In this document: positions 52,890-61,786 of the stretch, one piece after another | How positions within the stretch are numbered: position 1 is the stretch's first letter | Layout of the letters: each line of letters starts with the position of its first letter | Notes under the pieces: generated by a model | What the model was told of the DNA's origin: nothing | What the model saw: the letters and a program-made list of their open reading frames with translations, nothing else | Databases searched by the model: none | Origin: Anaerolineaceae bacterium | GTDB taxonomy: Bacteria > Chloroflexota > Anaerolineae > Anaerolineales > UBA11657 | DNA length: 64,000 bases | Reading direction: 5' to 3' | Assembly (NCBI GenBank): GCA_003569365.1 | Contig: BGOS01000020.1 | Location: 4,050-68,049 of the forward strand | Made by a program: the position numbers and the translations under genes

Positions 52890-55499
52890 ATGAGCATACT
52901 GATTGCAAAACCGCCAATTAGTGGCGAAACACCGTCGCCGTTGGGTACGCCAATGTTCGGCGGAGCGCGCCGTGCATTTGTGAACCGCCACATCTGGATT
53001 GCTGTAATACTGGTGCTCGCTGCGTTTTTCCGGCTGAACGATCTTGGGGCTGGTTATTTCGATGGCGACGATGCGTTCATCAGTATTCGTGCGTTGCAGG
53101 TGGCGCGCGAGCATGCGCTTGTGCTGGTGGGCCCGCCAATGGCAGTGGGATTGTGGCATTCGCCCGTCTCAGTTTATCTGTACGCCATTCCCTACTCGCT
53201 ATCTTTGGATCCGCGCGCAGCGCGCGCATTTACTGCGCTGCTGAATGTGGCTTCAATCGCGGTGCTGTATCTGGTGGGCGTCAAGTACTTCAACCGCGCG
53301 GGCACTCTGGCGGGCGCGCTGCTGCTGGCGGTTCATCCATACATGGTTGCATCCAGCCGCGATATCAACAATGCGCAGCTGGGCGCGTTGTTTGTGGCGC
53401 TGTATTTGCTGACCGGTTTTATGGGCTGTGTGGATGGTGCGCGCGGGGCGCGCTGGCTGCATTTGTTGATGCTCAGCCTGGCCGGCCAGTGCCACCCGCA
53501 CACTTTTGCGATCGCACCAGTCTCGCTTATCCTGTTTGCTGATGCGTGGATTAGCGGCCGGCGCCGATATTTGCTGGCGGATTTTCTGGGCGGGGGACTG
53601 CTGGCATTGGCCAGCTTTGCGCCGTACGCAATCGGACTATTGCAATTGCTGCCGACAGCCAACCTGCCGGCTGCTGCAATTACAGCTTTCAGCAACAAGG
53701 GCGTGCTGTTCTTGGCAGACATGCTTCACTGGCGCTTGTCTGAGGGTGCCCCACAGTGGCTGACACTGGTGCTGCCAGTTCTGCTGCTGGGCGGGATTGC
53801 GATTAGCGCGGTGCGCCTGCGCGGCCTGGCGTTACTTGTGGCAGTGTGCAGCATGCCGCTGGTGGCAACAATCTTCAATATTCATCTTGTGATTGATTAT
53901 TTCTGGAGCACGCTGCCGGTTGCCTTCTTGTTGATGGGTGTTAGTTTGGGGATGCTGTTTGAGCGGCGCTGGCTGCGCTGGATTGGGTTCGGACTGGTTG
54001 GCGCAATCGCAATCAGTAATCTGAACTATCTGGTGCGGCTCAACCGGCGCGTGGATGTGATTTCACTGGACCAGCAACTAGCTGCAACTGACCAGGCACT
54101 CGCAACAAACAAGCCAGTGCTGTTGCTGAGTGACGGCAACTATGACAATTTGATGCGCTGGGAACTGCACAGTATGCGCGCCAACTTGCTGGGGCGCGAT
54201 GCGCGCGTGGTGGCGGGCAGCCGTTCCATGCCACTGCCGGTGGCAGGCGCAACGCTGTTGGGGTCGGTGGATTTTGGATTGCGCCCGTTGTTCCCGGCTG
54301 GTGCAGTTGTAAATCAAAGTTTCAGAGTTGCGCCCTTGGCCGGGGCTGCGCAGTTTGCCCCCAATATTCCGCTGCGCGCGCCGCAGCGCTTTGATGGCGG
54401 CCAAACTGTACTTGGGTTCTATGCGCCGGCACCGTTGACGTTCGGGACTGCTGCGCTGAACCTGATTTGGCGCGTGGACCAGGTTTCGCCGGTGGAGTTT
54501 GGTGTCTTTGCGCAACTCGTCGATGAGCGCGGGGCAAAGCTGTCGCAAGTGGATCTGGCCGGATTGCCGGTCGCGCAGCAGCGCGCCGGCGAATGGGTGC
54601 TCAACCAGCTGGATTTCACGGATGTTCCCAGCGCGGGTCCGCTCTTTATCCGTTTTGGATTCATTGCGGCTGATGGGCGCCGGTCACACCGGTTGAGTGC
54701 TGGCGGCGCAATTGTGGAGGGCGATGCATTTGCGCAGGTGCGTGGTTTTGCGTTGCCGGTAATGGAGTTCAACTCCGCGTTGACACTGGAGGATATCCGG
54801 CTGAATGCGCCGACACAGGGCGAGCCACTGCTGGTGGATGCAACTTGGCGGTTGAAGCAGGCTTTGGAAAATCAGGCGCTGCGCTGGCGCGTTGTTGACA
54901 AACAGAGCAGGCGAGTCGTCTACGAAACGGCAGCGGTGCTTGCCACTGGAGAATGGGCGGTGGGTGCTTTTGTCAGCGAGCAATATGTTTTACGCGTGCC
55001 GACGGATTTGCCAGCGGGTGCATACGTAGTTGAAGCCCAGTTAGCGGGCGATACCGGTGCTGCAAACACTGTGAAGTGGTCTGATGACGTGGCGCTTGCT
55101 GCGCGCAACCGAAACTTTTTGCAGCCCGTGATGATGCATAAGTTGCAAGCATTGTTCGGCGACGAAATCAAACTGGCGGGTTATGACTTGCAGCTGGCCG
55201 GGCGCAGTTTGAGAGTTACATTGCACTGGCAGGCGCTGCGCCAGTTGGAGCACAGCTACAAGTACTTTGTGCATGTGCTGCGCAATGGCGAGTTGGCAGC
55301 GCAATCGGATGCAATTCCGCAGGATGCGGAATATCCCACGCTGTGGTGGGCGCGGAATGAGTTTGTTTCACAAGCAGTGCAGTTGGACCTGGCTGCGCTT
55401 GCGGGCGGCGAGTACACGGTTTCTACCGGCTTCTATGATTCACCAACCGGGCAACGCCTTGCTGCACCCGTAACCCTGCAGGAAATTCGGCTGCCATGA
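52890..55499 (+). CDS. Large membrane protein: ArnT/PMT-like GT-C N-terminal domain with repeated extracellular beta-domains
   Basis: N-terminal TM, acidic loop (DGDD), about 11 TMs, then repeated L.L.W...Y..F.H/Q...Q.D modules. Confidence 0.75.
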   Translation: MSILIAKPPISGETPSPLGTPMFGGARRAFVNRHIWIAVILVLAAFFRLNDLGAGYFDGDDAFISIRALQVAREHALVLVGPPMAVGLWHSPVSVYLYAIPYSLSLDPRAARAFTALLNVASIAVLYLVGVKYFNRAGTLAGALLLAVHPYMVASSRDINNAQLGALFVALYLLTGFMGCVDGARGARWLHLLMLSLAGQCHPHTFAIAPVSLILFADAWISGRRRYLLADFLGGGLLALASFAPYAIGLLQLLPTANLPAAAITAFSNKGVLFLADMLHWRLSEGAPQWLTLVLPVLLLGGIAISAVRLRGLALLVAVCSMPLVATIFNIHLVIDYFWSTLPVAFLLMGVSLGMLFERRWLRWIGFGLVGAIAISNLNYLVRLNRRVDVISLDQQLAATDQALATNKPVLLLSDGNYDNLMRWELHSMRANLLGRDARVVAGSRSMPLPVAGATLLGSVDFGLRPLFPAGAVVNQSFRVAPLAGAAQFAPNIPLRAPQRFDGGQTVLGFYAPAPLTFGTAALNLIWRVDQVSPVEFGVFAQLVDERGAKLSQVDLAGLPVAQQRAGEWVLNQLDFTDVPSAGPLFIRFGFIAADGRRSHRLSAGGAIVEGDAFAQVRGFALPVMEFNSALTLEDIRLNAPTQGEPLLVDATWRLKQALENQALRWRVVDKQSRRVVYETAAVLATGEWAVGAFVSEQYVLRVPTDLPAGAYVVEAQLAGDTGAANTVKWSDDVALAARNRNFLQPVMMHKLQALFGDEIKLAGYDLQLAGRSLRVTLHWQALRQLEHSYKYFVHVLRNGELAAQSDAIPQDAEYPTLWWARNEFVSQAVQLDLAALAGGEYTVSTGFYDSPTGQRLAAPVTLQEIRLP

Positions 55500-56128
55500 A
55501 CAGCACAAACGGCGAGAAAGCCATCGACCTTGAGTGGCTGAAATCCAGTGTTGCGGCGGGTGGCCGGCTGGCGGTATTTGATTTGGAATACACAACGTGG
55601 GAAGGCGCAAATACAAGGCGCTGGAGCGGCCCGGGCGAATATTTTGAAGTGGTGCAAATTGGCGCGGTTGTTTTACAGCTGGAGCCAAACTTGACGGAGA
55701 TTGCAGCCTTCGAAGTGCTGACGCGTCCGGTGTTCAATCCAATCCTGTCGGATTATTTTACGGAGCTGACTGGTATCTCCAACGCTGATCTTGAGGTGGG
55801 GGCCGTGAGCTTTGCGGATGGATTTGGGAAGTTTGTGCAGTTTTGTGCCGCAACAAACGCGATTGCTTGTAATGGCTGGGACAACAGAGCGCTGCGAGAC
55901 AATTGTGGTTGGCGGGGCGTTGAATGGCCCTTTGTTGCGGGCAGTTTTGGAAATCTGCGCCCGATGTTTGAGAACCGGGTTGGCAATGCGAACAATGCGG
56001 CATGGAGCAGCAACATGCCGGTAAGTTTGGGTTTGCCAGCACCGGGTGGCGCGCATACCGGGCTTGGTGATGCGCGCGCGATTGCCATTGCGCTGCGCGC
56101 AATACTGCGCGAGGCCCTGGCGGAATAA
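55496..56128 (+). CDS. DEDDh 3'-5' exonuclease (ERI-1/KapD-like)
   Basis: DLEYT, EVVQIGAV, LTGIS, D (Exo II), HTGLGDA. Confidence 0.88.
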   Translation: MNSTNGEKAIDLEWLKSSVAAGGRLAVFDLEYTTWEGANTRRWSGPGEYFEVVQIGAVVLQLEPNLTEIAAFEVLTRPVFNPILSDYFTELTGISNADLEVGAVSFADGFGKFVQFCAATNAIACNGWDNRALRDNCGWRGVEWPFVAGSFGNLRPMFENRVGNANNAAWSSNMPVSLGLPAPGGAHTGLGDARAIAIALRAILREALAE

Positions 56129-56155
56129 CCGCGGACGTTGATGCGCGCGCAGCAG

Positions 56156-57604
56156 TTACATGCGCGAAATGACGCCGGCGCGCTCCAAGGCATGCGGGCC
56201 GGCAGCATGTGCCGGGGCCGCATCAGAGCCCGGAAACATTTTGCCGGGGTTGGAAAGCTCCTGCGGATCAATGCTATGGCGCACGCGCTGCATGACTGCC
56301 AAATCAACTTCAGAAAAAAGCTCCGGCAGATAGGCGCGCTTCTCCATGCCGACACCGTGCTCGCCGGTGATGGAGCCGCCGCGCCGAATGCACATGCGGA
56401 TTACCTCGCCCGCCACAACCTCGGCGCGCTCGAGGGCACCGGGCTCGCGACCGTCAAACATAATCAGCGGATGCAGGTTGCCGTCGCCGGCATGGAAGAC
56501 GTTGGCGATGCGAATGTTGTGGCGCCGGCCGCTCTCCTGAATTTCGGCAAGCGCTGCACCCAGCTGGCTGCGCGGCACCACGCCGTCCTGCACAATGTAA
56601 TCTGGGCTGATGCGGCCGACGGCTGAGAAGGCGCTCTTGCGCCCCTTCCAAATTAGCAGGCGCTCTTCTTCCGTTTTGGGCACGCGCACATCGTACGGGC
56701 CGCTCTCTTCGATGACCTGCATCAGCTGCGCGAACTCCGCTTCTACTTGCAGTGTCTCGCCTTCCAGTTCCACAATCAGTAAGCCTGCTGCTGCGGCGGG
56801 ATAACCGGCATGCACGGCAGCTTCTGCCGCCTGAATGGCGAGGTTGTCCATGATTTCCATTGCGCCGGGCAAAATGCCGGAGGCAACCACCATGCTCACA
56901 GCATCGCCCGCTGCTTGCAGCGAGCTGTAGGCTGCCAAGACGGTACGGTAGAGCTCCGGCTTGGGCAGCAGCCGCAGTGTGATCTCCAGCGCCACGCCAA
57001 ACAACCCCTCCGAGCCCACAAACAAACCCACGAGGTCCGGGCCGGCACTCTCCTGGCTTTCGCTGCCCAGCTCCACCACGGTGCCATCTGCCAGCACCGC
57101 GCGCATGGCCAGTACATGGTTGCTGGTCATGCCGTACTTGAGGCAGTGTGCACCGCCTGAATTAAATGCGATGTTGCCACCGATGGTGCAAATGGATTGG
57201 CTGGACGGGTCAGGCGCGTAGTACAGCCCGTGCGGTGCGGCTGCAAGCGACACATCCAGATTGCGCACGCCCGGCTCCACAACGGCAATCCGCTGGCGGG
57301 CATCGATGCGCAGGATGCGGTCGAGGCGGCCGAGCGCAATCACGATGCCGTCCGCCACCGGCAGGCTGCCGCCAGAAAGGCTGGTGCCGCTGCCGCGCGC
57401 CACAAAGGGCACGGCGTGCAAGTTGCACAGGCGCACGGTTTCCACCACTTCGGCGCTGGTGACGGGCAGCACCACCGCTGCCGCGCGCGCGCGAAACACA
57501 GTAAGCGCATCCGACTCGTAGGATTGCAGATGGGCGGCGCTGGTTAGCAGGCGCTCGGGCGGATACAAGCGCTGCAGGTCGCGCAATAACTTTTGGACGG
57601 TCAT
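56156..57604 (-). CDS. glcD: Glycolate oxidase subunit GlcD (FAD-linked oxidase)
   Basis: [46 protein letters not shown]. Confidence 0.92.
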   Translation of the reverse strand: MTVQKLLRDLQRLYPPERLLTSAAHLQSYESDALTVFRARAAAVVLPVTSAEVVETVRLCNLHAVPFVARGSGTSLSGGSLPVADGIVIALGRLDRILRIDARQRIAVVEPGVRNLDVSLAAAPHGLYYAPDPSSQSICTIGGNIAFNSGGAHCLKYGMTSNHVLAMRAVLADGTVVELGSESQESAGPDLVGLFVGSEGLFGVALEITLRLLPKPELYRTVLAAYSSLQAAGDAVSMVVASGILPGAMEIMDNLAIQAAEAAVHAGYPAAAAGLLIVELEGETLQVEAEFAQLMQVIEESGPYDVRVPKTEEERLLIWKGRKSAFSAVGRISPDYIVQDGVVPRSQLGAALAEIQESGRRHNIRIANVFHAGDGNLHPLIMFDGREPGALERAEVVAGEVIRMCIRRGGSITGEHGVGMEKRAYLPELFSEVDLAVMQRVRHSIDPQELSNPGKMFPGSDAAPAHAAGPHALERAGVISRM

Positions 57605-57864
57605 AGTGTTGGTGGCTGGCGCTCTAATACTGGTCGTCTGTGCGCACCGGGCTGCAGGCGGCGGGCCTCGCCGGCAATTGCCAGCTCAATCTCGCCCTCC
57701 AGCACTGCGCCGGATTGTTCGTAAACATGGCTGTGGCCCGGCACGGTACTGTGCGCAGCGAAGCTCACAAAGGAGAGCAGTTGCTGCGCGCCCCAAAATG
57801 TCTGGATGCGGATGCCCGGGAACAGCTCTTTGAAGGCACGGGTTTCAAGGTCAATGAAAGTCAT
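57601..57864 (-). pseudogene. Cupin-domain gene with internal deletion and frameshift
   Basis: Cupin motif 1 (HSH..EQ...VLEG) is present. After LQPG, motif 2 is missing, while another frame reads PVRTDDQY* (stop at 57624), a typical cupin tail. Confidence 0.7.
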
Positions 57865-57960
57865 ATTGGCTAGGGGCGCTTGTGCTTTACGAGTGTAGCT
57901 TAGATAGGGCGCGGGCGGGCGTCAATGCGAGCGGTCGTTAGCATGCGCCAAAACGTGCGG

Positions 57961-59004
57961 TCACTTGCGGGCGTGGCGGGCGCTTACCACCTGCGCCATG
58001 ATCGCCAGTGCAATTTCTTCCGGCGAGCGGCCCCCAAGATCAAGCCCGATGGGCGCATGCAGGCGATCCAAAACTGCTGGTGTCAGGCCCGCATCGAGCA
58101 GGCGCTGCCGGCGTTTGGCGTTGGTGGCCGGGCTGCCCAGGGCGCCCACATAAAAAGCCGCGCTGGGCAGCGCCAGCAGCAGGCCGGGATCGTCCAGTTT
58201 GGGATCGTGCGTTAGCATGGCGATGGCAGTGTTGGTGTTGATGCCCAGCGTTGCCAGCGCAGCGTCAGGCCACTCTGTAAGCAGCCGGTCCACATGCGGG
58301 AAGCGTTCGGCGCTGCCGAACGCCCGCCGCGGATCCACCACCACAGTGCGGTAGCCCAGAGTGGCGGCCAGCGCACACAACGGCACGGCAATGTGCACGC
58401 CGCCAACAATGACAAGCGTGGCCGGCGGCAGCAGCACATCCAGAAAGAGCTCAATGCGTTCGCCGGCAGTGGAGTCGATTGGCACGCATTTGGATTTTCC
58501 GCTGTGCAGCGCGCGCTGCATTTCAAGCAGCGCTGCTGCATCCAGTGCGCTTCCCAGCGTACCGGCTTGGGCGCCGTCTTCGCGCAGCACTAGTTCGCTG
58601 CCCGGCAGCGCGGCCGCTGCGCTGCGCACAACAGTGGCGCGCACCGCGCCCTGAAAATTTTCGCGCGCCGCGCGCACAAACTCAAACAGGACTGGCGCCA
58701 GCGGCTGCACAAATACCTCAATGGTTCCGCCGCATGCCAGCCCCACTTCCCACGCGGTTTCATCCGCAACACCAAAGTGCAGCAGTTGCGGCCGGCCGTC
58801 GCGCAGCACTTGCGCGGCGCATTCGGCCACCGCGCCTTCCACGCAGCCGCCGCTCACCGAGCCGGACAAGCGGTCACCAGCTGCGATGGCCATTTTGCCG
58901 CCGGCAGCGCGCGGCGCCGAGCCCCAGGTTTGGATGACGGTGGCCAGCACAACGGGCTCGCCCGCCTGCAGCCAGCGGCTGATGTCTGCGGTTACTTCAT
59001 GCAT
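57961..59004 (-). CDS. XdhC/CoxI(CoxF) family molybdoenzyme maturation factor
   Basis: GSAPR..G, GSVSGGCVEG, GLACGG, THDPKLD, YVGALGS, PIGL...PEEIA. Confidence 0.93.
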   Translation of the reverse strand: MHEVTADISRWLQAGEPVVLATVIQTWGSAPRAAGGKMAIAAGDRLSGSVSGGCVEGAVAECAAQVLRDGRPQLLHFGVADETAWEVGLACGGTIEVFVQPLAPVLFEFVRAARENFQGAVRATVVRSAAAALPGSELVLREDGAQAGTLGSALDAAALLEMQRALHSGKSKCVPIDSTAGERIELFLDVLLPPATLVIVGGVHIAVPLCALAATLGYRTVVVDPRRAFGSAERFPHVDRLLTEWPDAALATLGINTNTAIAMLTHDPKLDDPGLLLALPSAAFYVGALGSPATNAKRRQRLLDAGLTPAVLDRLHAPIGLDLGGRSPEEIALAIMAQVVSARHARK

Positions 59005-59030
59005 TGGGTTTCTTTGTGTGGGTGCGGCTG

Positions 59031-60224
59031 CTACAGCGCAGGCTGCAGGGCGGGCTGGCGCCGGGCGGGGCGCGCGCCGTCCAGGCGTTCCAGCTGCGCA
59101 GCCAGCTGTTCCAGGCTGGCCAGATTATGCACTGGCAAAAAGTTGTCAATGTGCGGCAGCGCAGCTTGCATGCCGCGAGTCAGTGGCTCGTATTCAGGCG
59201 AGCCCAGCAGCGGGTTGAGCCAGACGAGGCGATGACAGTTGCGCTGCAAGCGCGCCATTTCCGTTTTCAGCAGCGTTGCGTCGCCGCGGTCCCAGCCATC
59301 ACTAATGAAGAGCACCACCGCACCGCGGCGCAGCACGCGCCGGCCCCATTCAAAGTTAAAGGTTTGCACGGCCTCGCCGATGCGCGTGCCGCCGGACCAG
59401 TCCGGCACACTGCGGCCCACTTCGTCCAGGGCGCGATCCACCTCGCGGCCGCGCAGCTGGCGCGTGATGTTGGTGAGGCGCGTGCTGAAGACAAACGAGT
59501 ACACGGGCTGCGCGAGCCCCTCCGCCAGGCTGTAAATGAAGTGCAGCAGCAGGCGCGTGTAGCGTTCCATGGAGCCGCTGATGTCTGCGATGACGACCAC
59601 CGGGCGCGGCTTGTATTTGGGCTGGCGCTGCGCCCAGCGCAGCACTTCTCCGCCGTGGCGCAGGCTGGTGCGCAGTGTGCGGCGCAGGTCATAGTAGGCG
59701 CTGCCGCCGGGCTGGCGGCGGCGTGTGCGGCGCTGGCCGATGCGCCATACCAGCGCGCGCATCATGTGCTTGATGGCCTCCAGTTCCGCGCCGCTCAGGT
59801 CGCCGAAGTCTTTGCGGCGCAGCAGCTCTTGCGTGCTAAAGGTTTGCGTCACCTCCACCACGGGCGGCGCCAGCGGATCAGCCGGCGCCTCGTCTGCGTT
59901 GCTTTCGGGCTGCGGTTCTGCCGCTGGCGCAGGCACAAACACAGGCTTGGTGCGGCGCGGTCGCAGCAGCGCGCCCATGTCCACTACCGCGCCCGCGGTT
60001 GGCTTCACCCAAAAAAGTTCGAAGGCCTGGTCGAATAGCGGCAAATGTTCGCGGCGCTGCGCCAGCAAGGTGCGCAGTGCATGATAAAAATCGCTGCGCC
60101 GCCCCAGCTGCACATGCTCCAGCGCCTGCACCACATCCACCATGCGGCCGGGGTTTACTTCCAGCCCCAGCCCGCGCAGGATGCGCCCGAACAATAGCAG
60201 GTTGTGCAGCAGCTGGCCGGACAT
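59031..60224 (-). CDS. CoxE-like VWA domain protein
   Basis: DISGSM MIDAS, FSTRL, GGTRIG, SDGWD, WLNP. Confidence 0.92.
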   Translation of the reverse strand: MSGQLLHNLLLFGRILRGLGLEVNPGRMVDVVQALEHVQLGRRSDFYHALRTLLAQRREHLPLFDQAFELFWVKPTAGAVVDMGALLRPRRTKPVFVPAPAAEPQPESNADEAPADPLAPPVVEVTQTFSTQELLRRKDFGDLSGAELEAIKHMMRALVWRIGQRRTRRRQPGGSAYYDLRRTLRTSLRHGGEVLRWAQRQPKYKPRPVVVIADISGSMERYTRLLLHFIYSLAEGLAQPVYSFVFSTRLTNITRQLRGREVDRALDEVGRSVPDWSGGTRIGEAVQTFNFEWGRRVLRRGAVVLFISDGWDRGDATLLKTEMARLQRNCHRLVWLNPLLGSPEYEPLTRGMQAALPHIDNFLPVHNLASLEQLAAQLERLDGARPARRQPALQPAL

Positions 60225-60233
60225 TGCGCGCGG

Positions 60234-61121
60234 TTAGCGGTGCTCGGTGCGCACGTGGTCCAGAATTTGCTGCGCGCGTGCGCCGCGCACTTTTGAAACA
60301 TCATCCTGATACTTGAGCACCACGCCCAATGTCTCGTTCACCACATCCAGCTCCAGCGCTTGCTGGTCCAGCGCCACAAGTGCCGCGGTCCAGTCCAGTG
60401 TTTCGGCCACGCCCGGTATTTTGTAAAGTTCCACGCGGCGCAGCTCTTGAATGAAAGCGGTGACCTGCGCGGCCAGGCGCTCGGGCGCCTGCGGCTGGCG
60501 CGCATGCACAATTTGCAGCTCTTTGTCGAAGGCGGGGTAATCGATCCAGTAGTACAGGCAGCGGCGCTTGAGGGCATCATGCACTTCGCGCGTGCGGTTG
60601 GAGGTGAGCACCACCACCGGTGGCTGTTCCGCGCGAATGGTGCCGATCTCCGGGATGGTGATCTGAAAGTCCGAGAGCACCTCCAGCAGATAGGCTTCAA
60701 ATTCGTCATCGCTGCGGTCCAGCTCGTCAATCAGCAGCACGGGCGGCGTGCCGCCATGCTCAATCGCCTGCAGCAGCGGGCGGCGCAGCAAAAACTCCGG
60801 CCCAAACAATTCGGTTTCAGTGGGCCGCTCCTGCCGTGTTTCCGCAAGGCGCAGGTGCAGCATTTGGCGGGCGTAGTTCCATTCGTACACTGCATGATGC
60901 ACGTCCAAGCCCTCGTAGCACTGCAGCCGGATCAGGTCGGTTTGCAGCAGGGCTGCCAGCACTTTGGCCACTTCGGTTTTGCCAACGCCAGCCTCGCCTT
61001 CCAGCAGCAGCGGGCGGTGCAGGCGCAGCGCCAAAAAGACAGCGGTGGCCAGGCCGCGGTCGGCGATATACATGTGCGCGCGCAGCGCTTCTTGCAGCGT
61101 ATCTATTGAGTCGATTTCCAC
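60234..61121 (-). CDS. CoxD-like MoxR family AAA+ ATPase
   Basis: EGEAGVGKTE, RLQCYEG, IDELDR, TSNRTRE, ALKRRC. Confidence 0.93.
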   Translation of the reverse strand: MEIDSIDTLQEALRAHMYIADRGLATAVFLALRLHRPLLLEGEAGVGKTEVAKVLAALLQTDLIRLQCYEGLDVHHAVYEWNYARQMLHLRLAETRQERPTETELFGPEFLLRRPLLQAIEHGGTPPVLLIDELDRSDDEFEAYLLEVLSDFQITIPEIGTIRAEQPPVVVLTSNRTREVHDALKRRCLYYWIDYPAFDKELQIVHARQPQAPERLAAQVTAFIQELRRVELYKIPGVAETLDWTAALVALDQQALELDVVNETLGVVLKYQDDVSKVRGARAQQILDHVRTEHR

Positions 61122-61207
61122 CGGGCCTCCGCAATCACAAACAAATACTGATTATTATATGAGGGCTTGGCGATTGGCGCCGCGGGGGCGGATTGCCACC
61201 CGTACCG

Positions 61208-61729
61208 TCAGTGTGCTGCGGGCCCCAGCTGCAGCAGCAGCGGCGCATGCCCGCAGGCTTGCACAAAGCGCAGAAAATCTGCGCTGCGAATGCTGCTGGT
61301 GGCGGTATTGGTGAGCGGATGGTAATTAAGCCACGCATGCTGCAGCATGTGCGCATCCAGTGCCACGCGCACGCGTTGCGCGTGGTCGTTGATGAGCGCA
61401 AAGGGCGTGACTGCGCCCGGTGTCACACCCAGCACGGCCTGCAGTATTTCCGGCTTGCCAAACGAGAGGTGCGCTGCGCCCAGATGCTGGCGCAGTTCTT
61501 TTAAATCCAGCACGCGCTCCTCCAGCACCACCACCAGCCATAGCTGGTCCTTTTTGTCCTTGAGGAATAAATTTTTGCAGTGGGCGCCCGGCAGGTTGCC
61601 GCGCAGCTGGCGGCTTTCCTCTACAGTGAACACCGGCGGGTGCTCCGTGGTGGTGACGGCAATATCCAGTTCGGCCAGGCGCCGGAACAAATCCGCCGGC
61701 GTGGCGTGCGCTGCCGGTTCGGGCGTCAA
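61208..61729 (-). CDS. YbaK/ProX-family prolyl-tRNA editing domain protein
   Basis: HPPVFTVEE, KNLFLKDKK, LGVTPGAVTPF, HPLTN. Confidence 0.9.
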   Translation of the reverse strand: MTPEPAAHATPADLFRRLAELDIAVTTTEHPPVFTVEESRQLRGNLPGAHCKNLFLKDKKDQLWLVVVLEERVLDLKELRQHLGAAHLSFGKPEILQAVLGVTPGAVTPFALINDHAQRVRVALDAHMLQHAWLNYHPLTNTATSSIRSADFLRFVQACGHAPLLLQLGPAAH

Positions 61730-61786
61730 TGCAGGCGCAGCGCAGTCACAAATTTTTATGCGGTAACTTTTGCGGGCGGACGCGCG

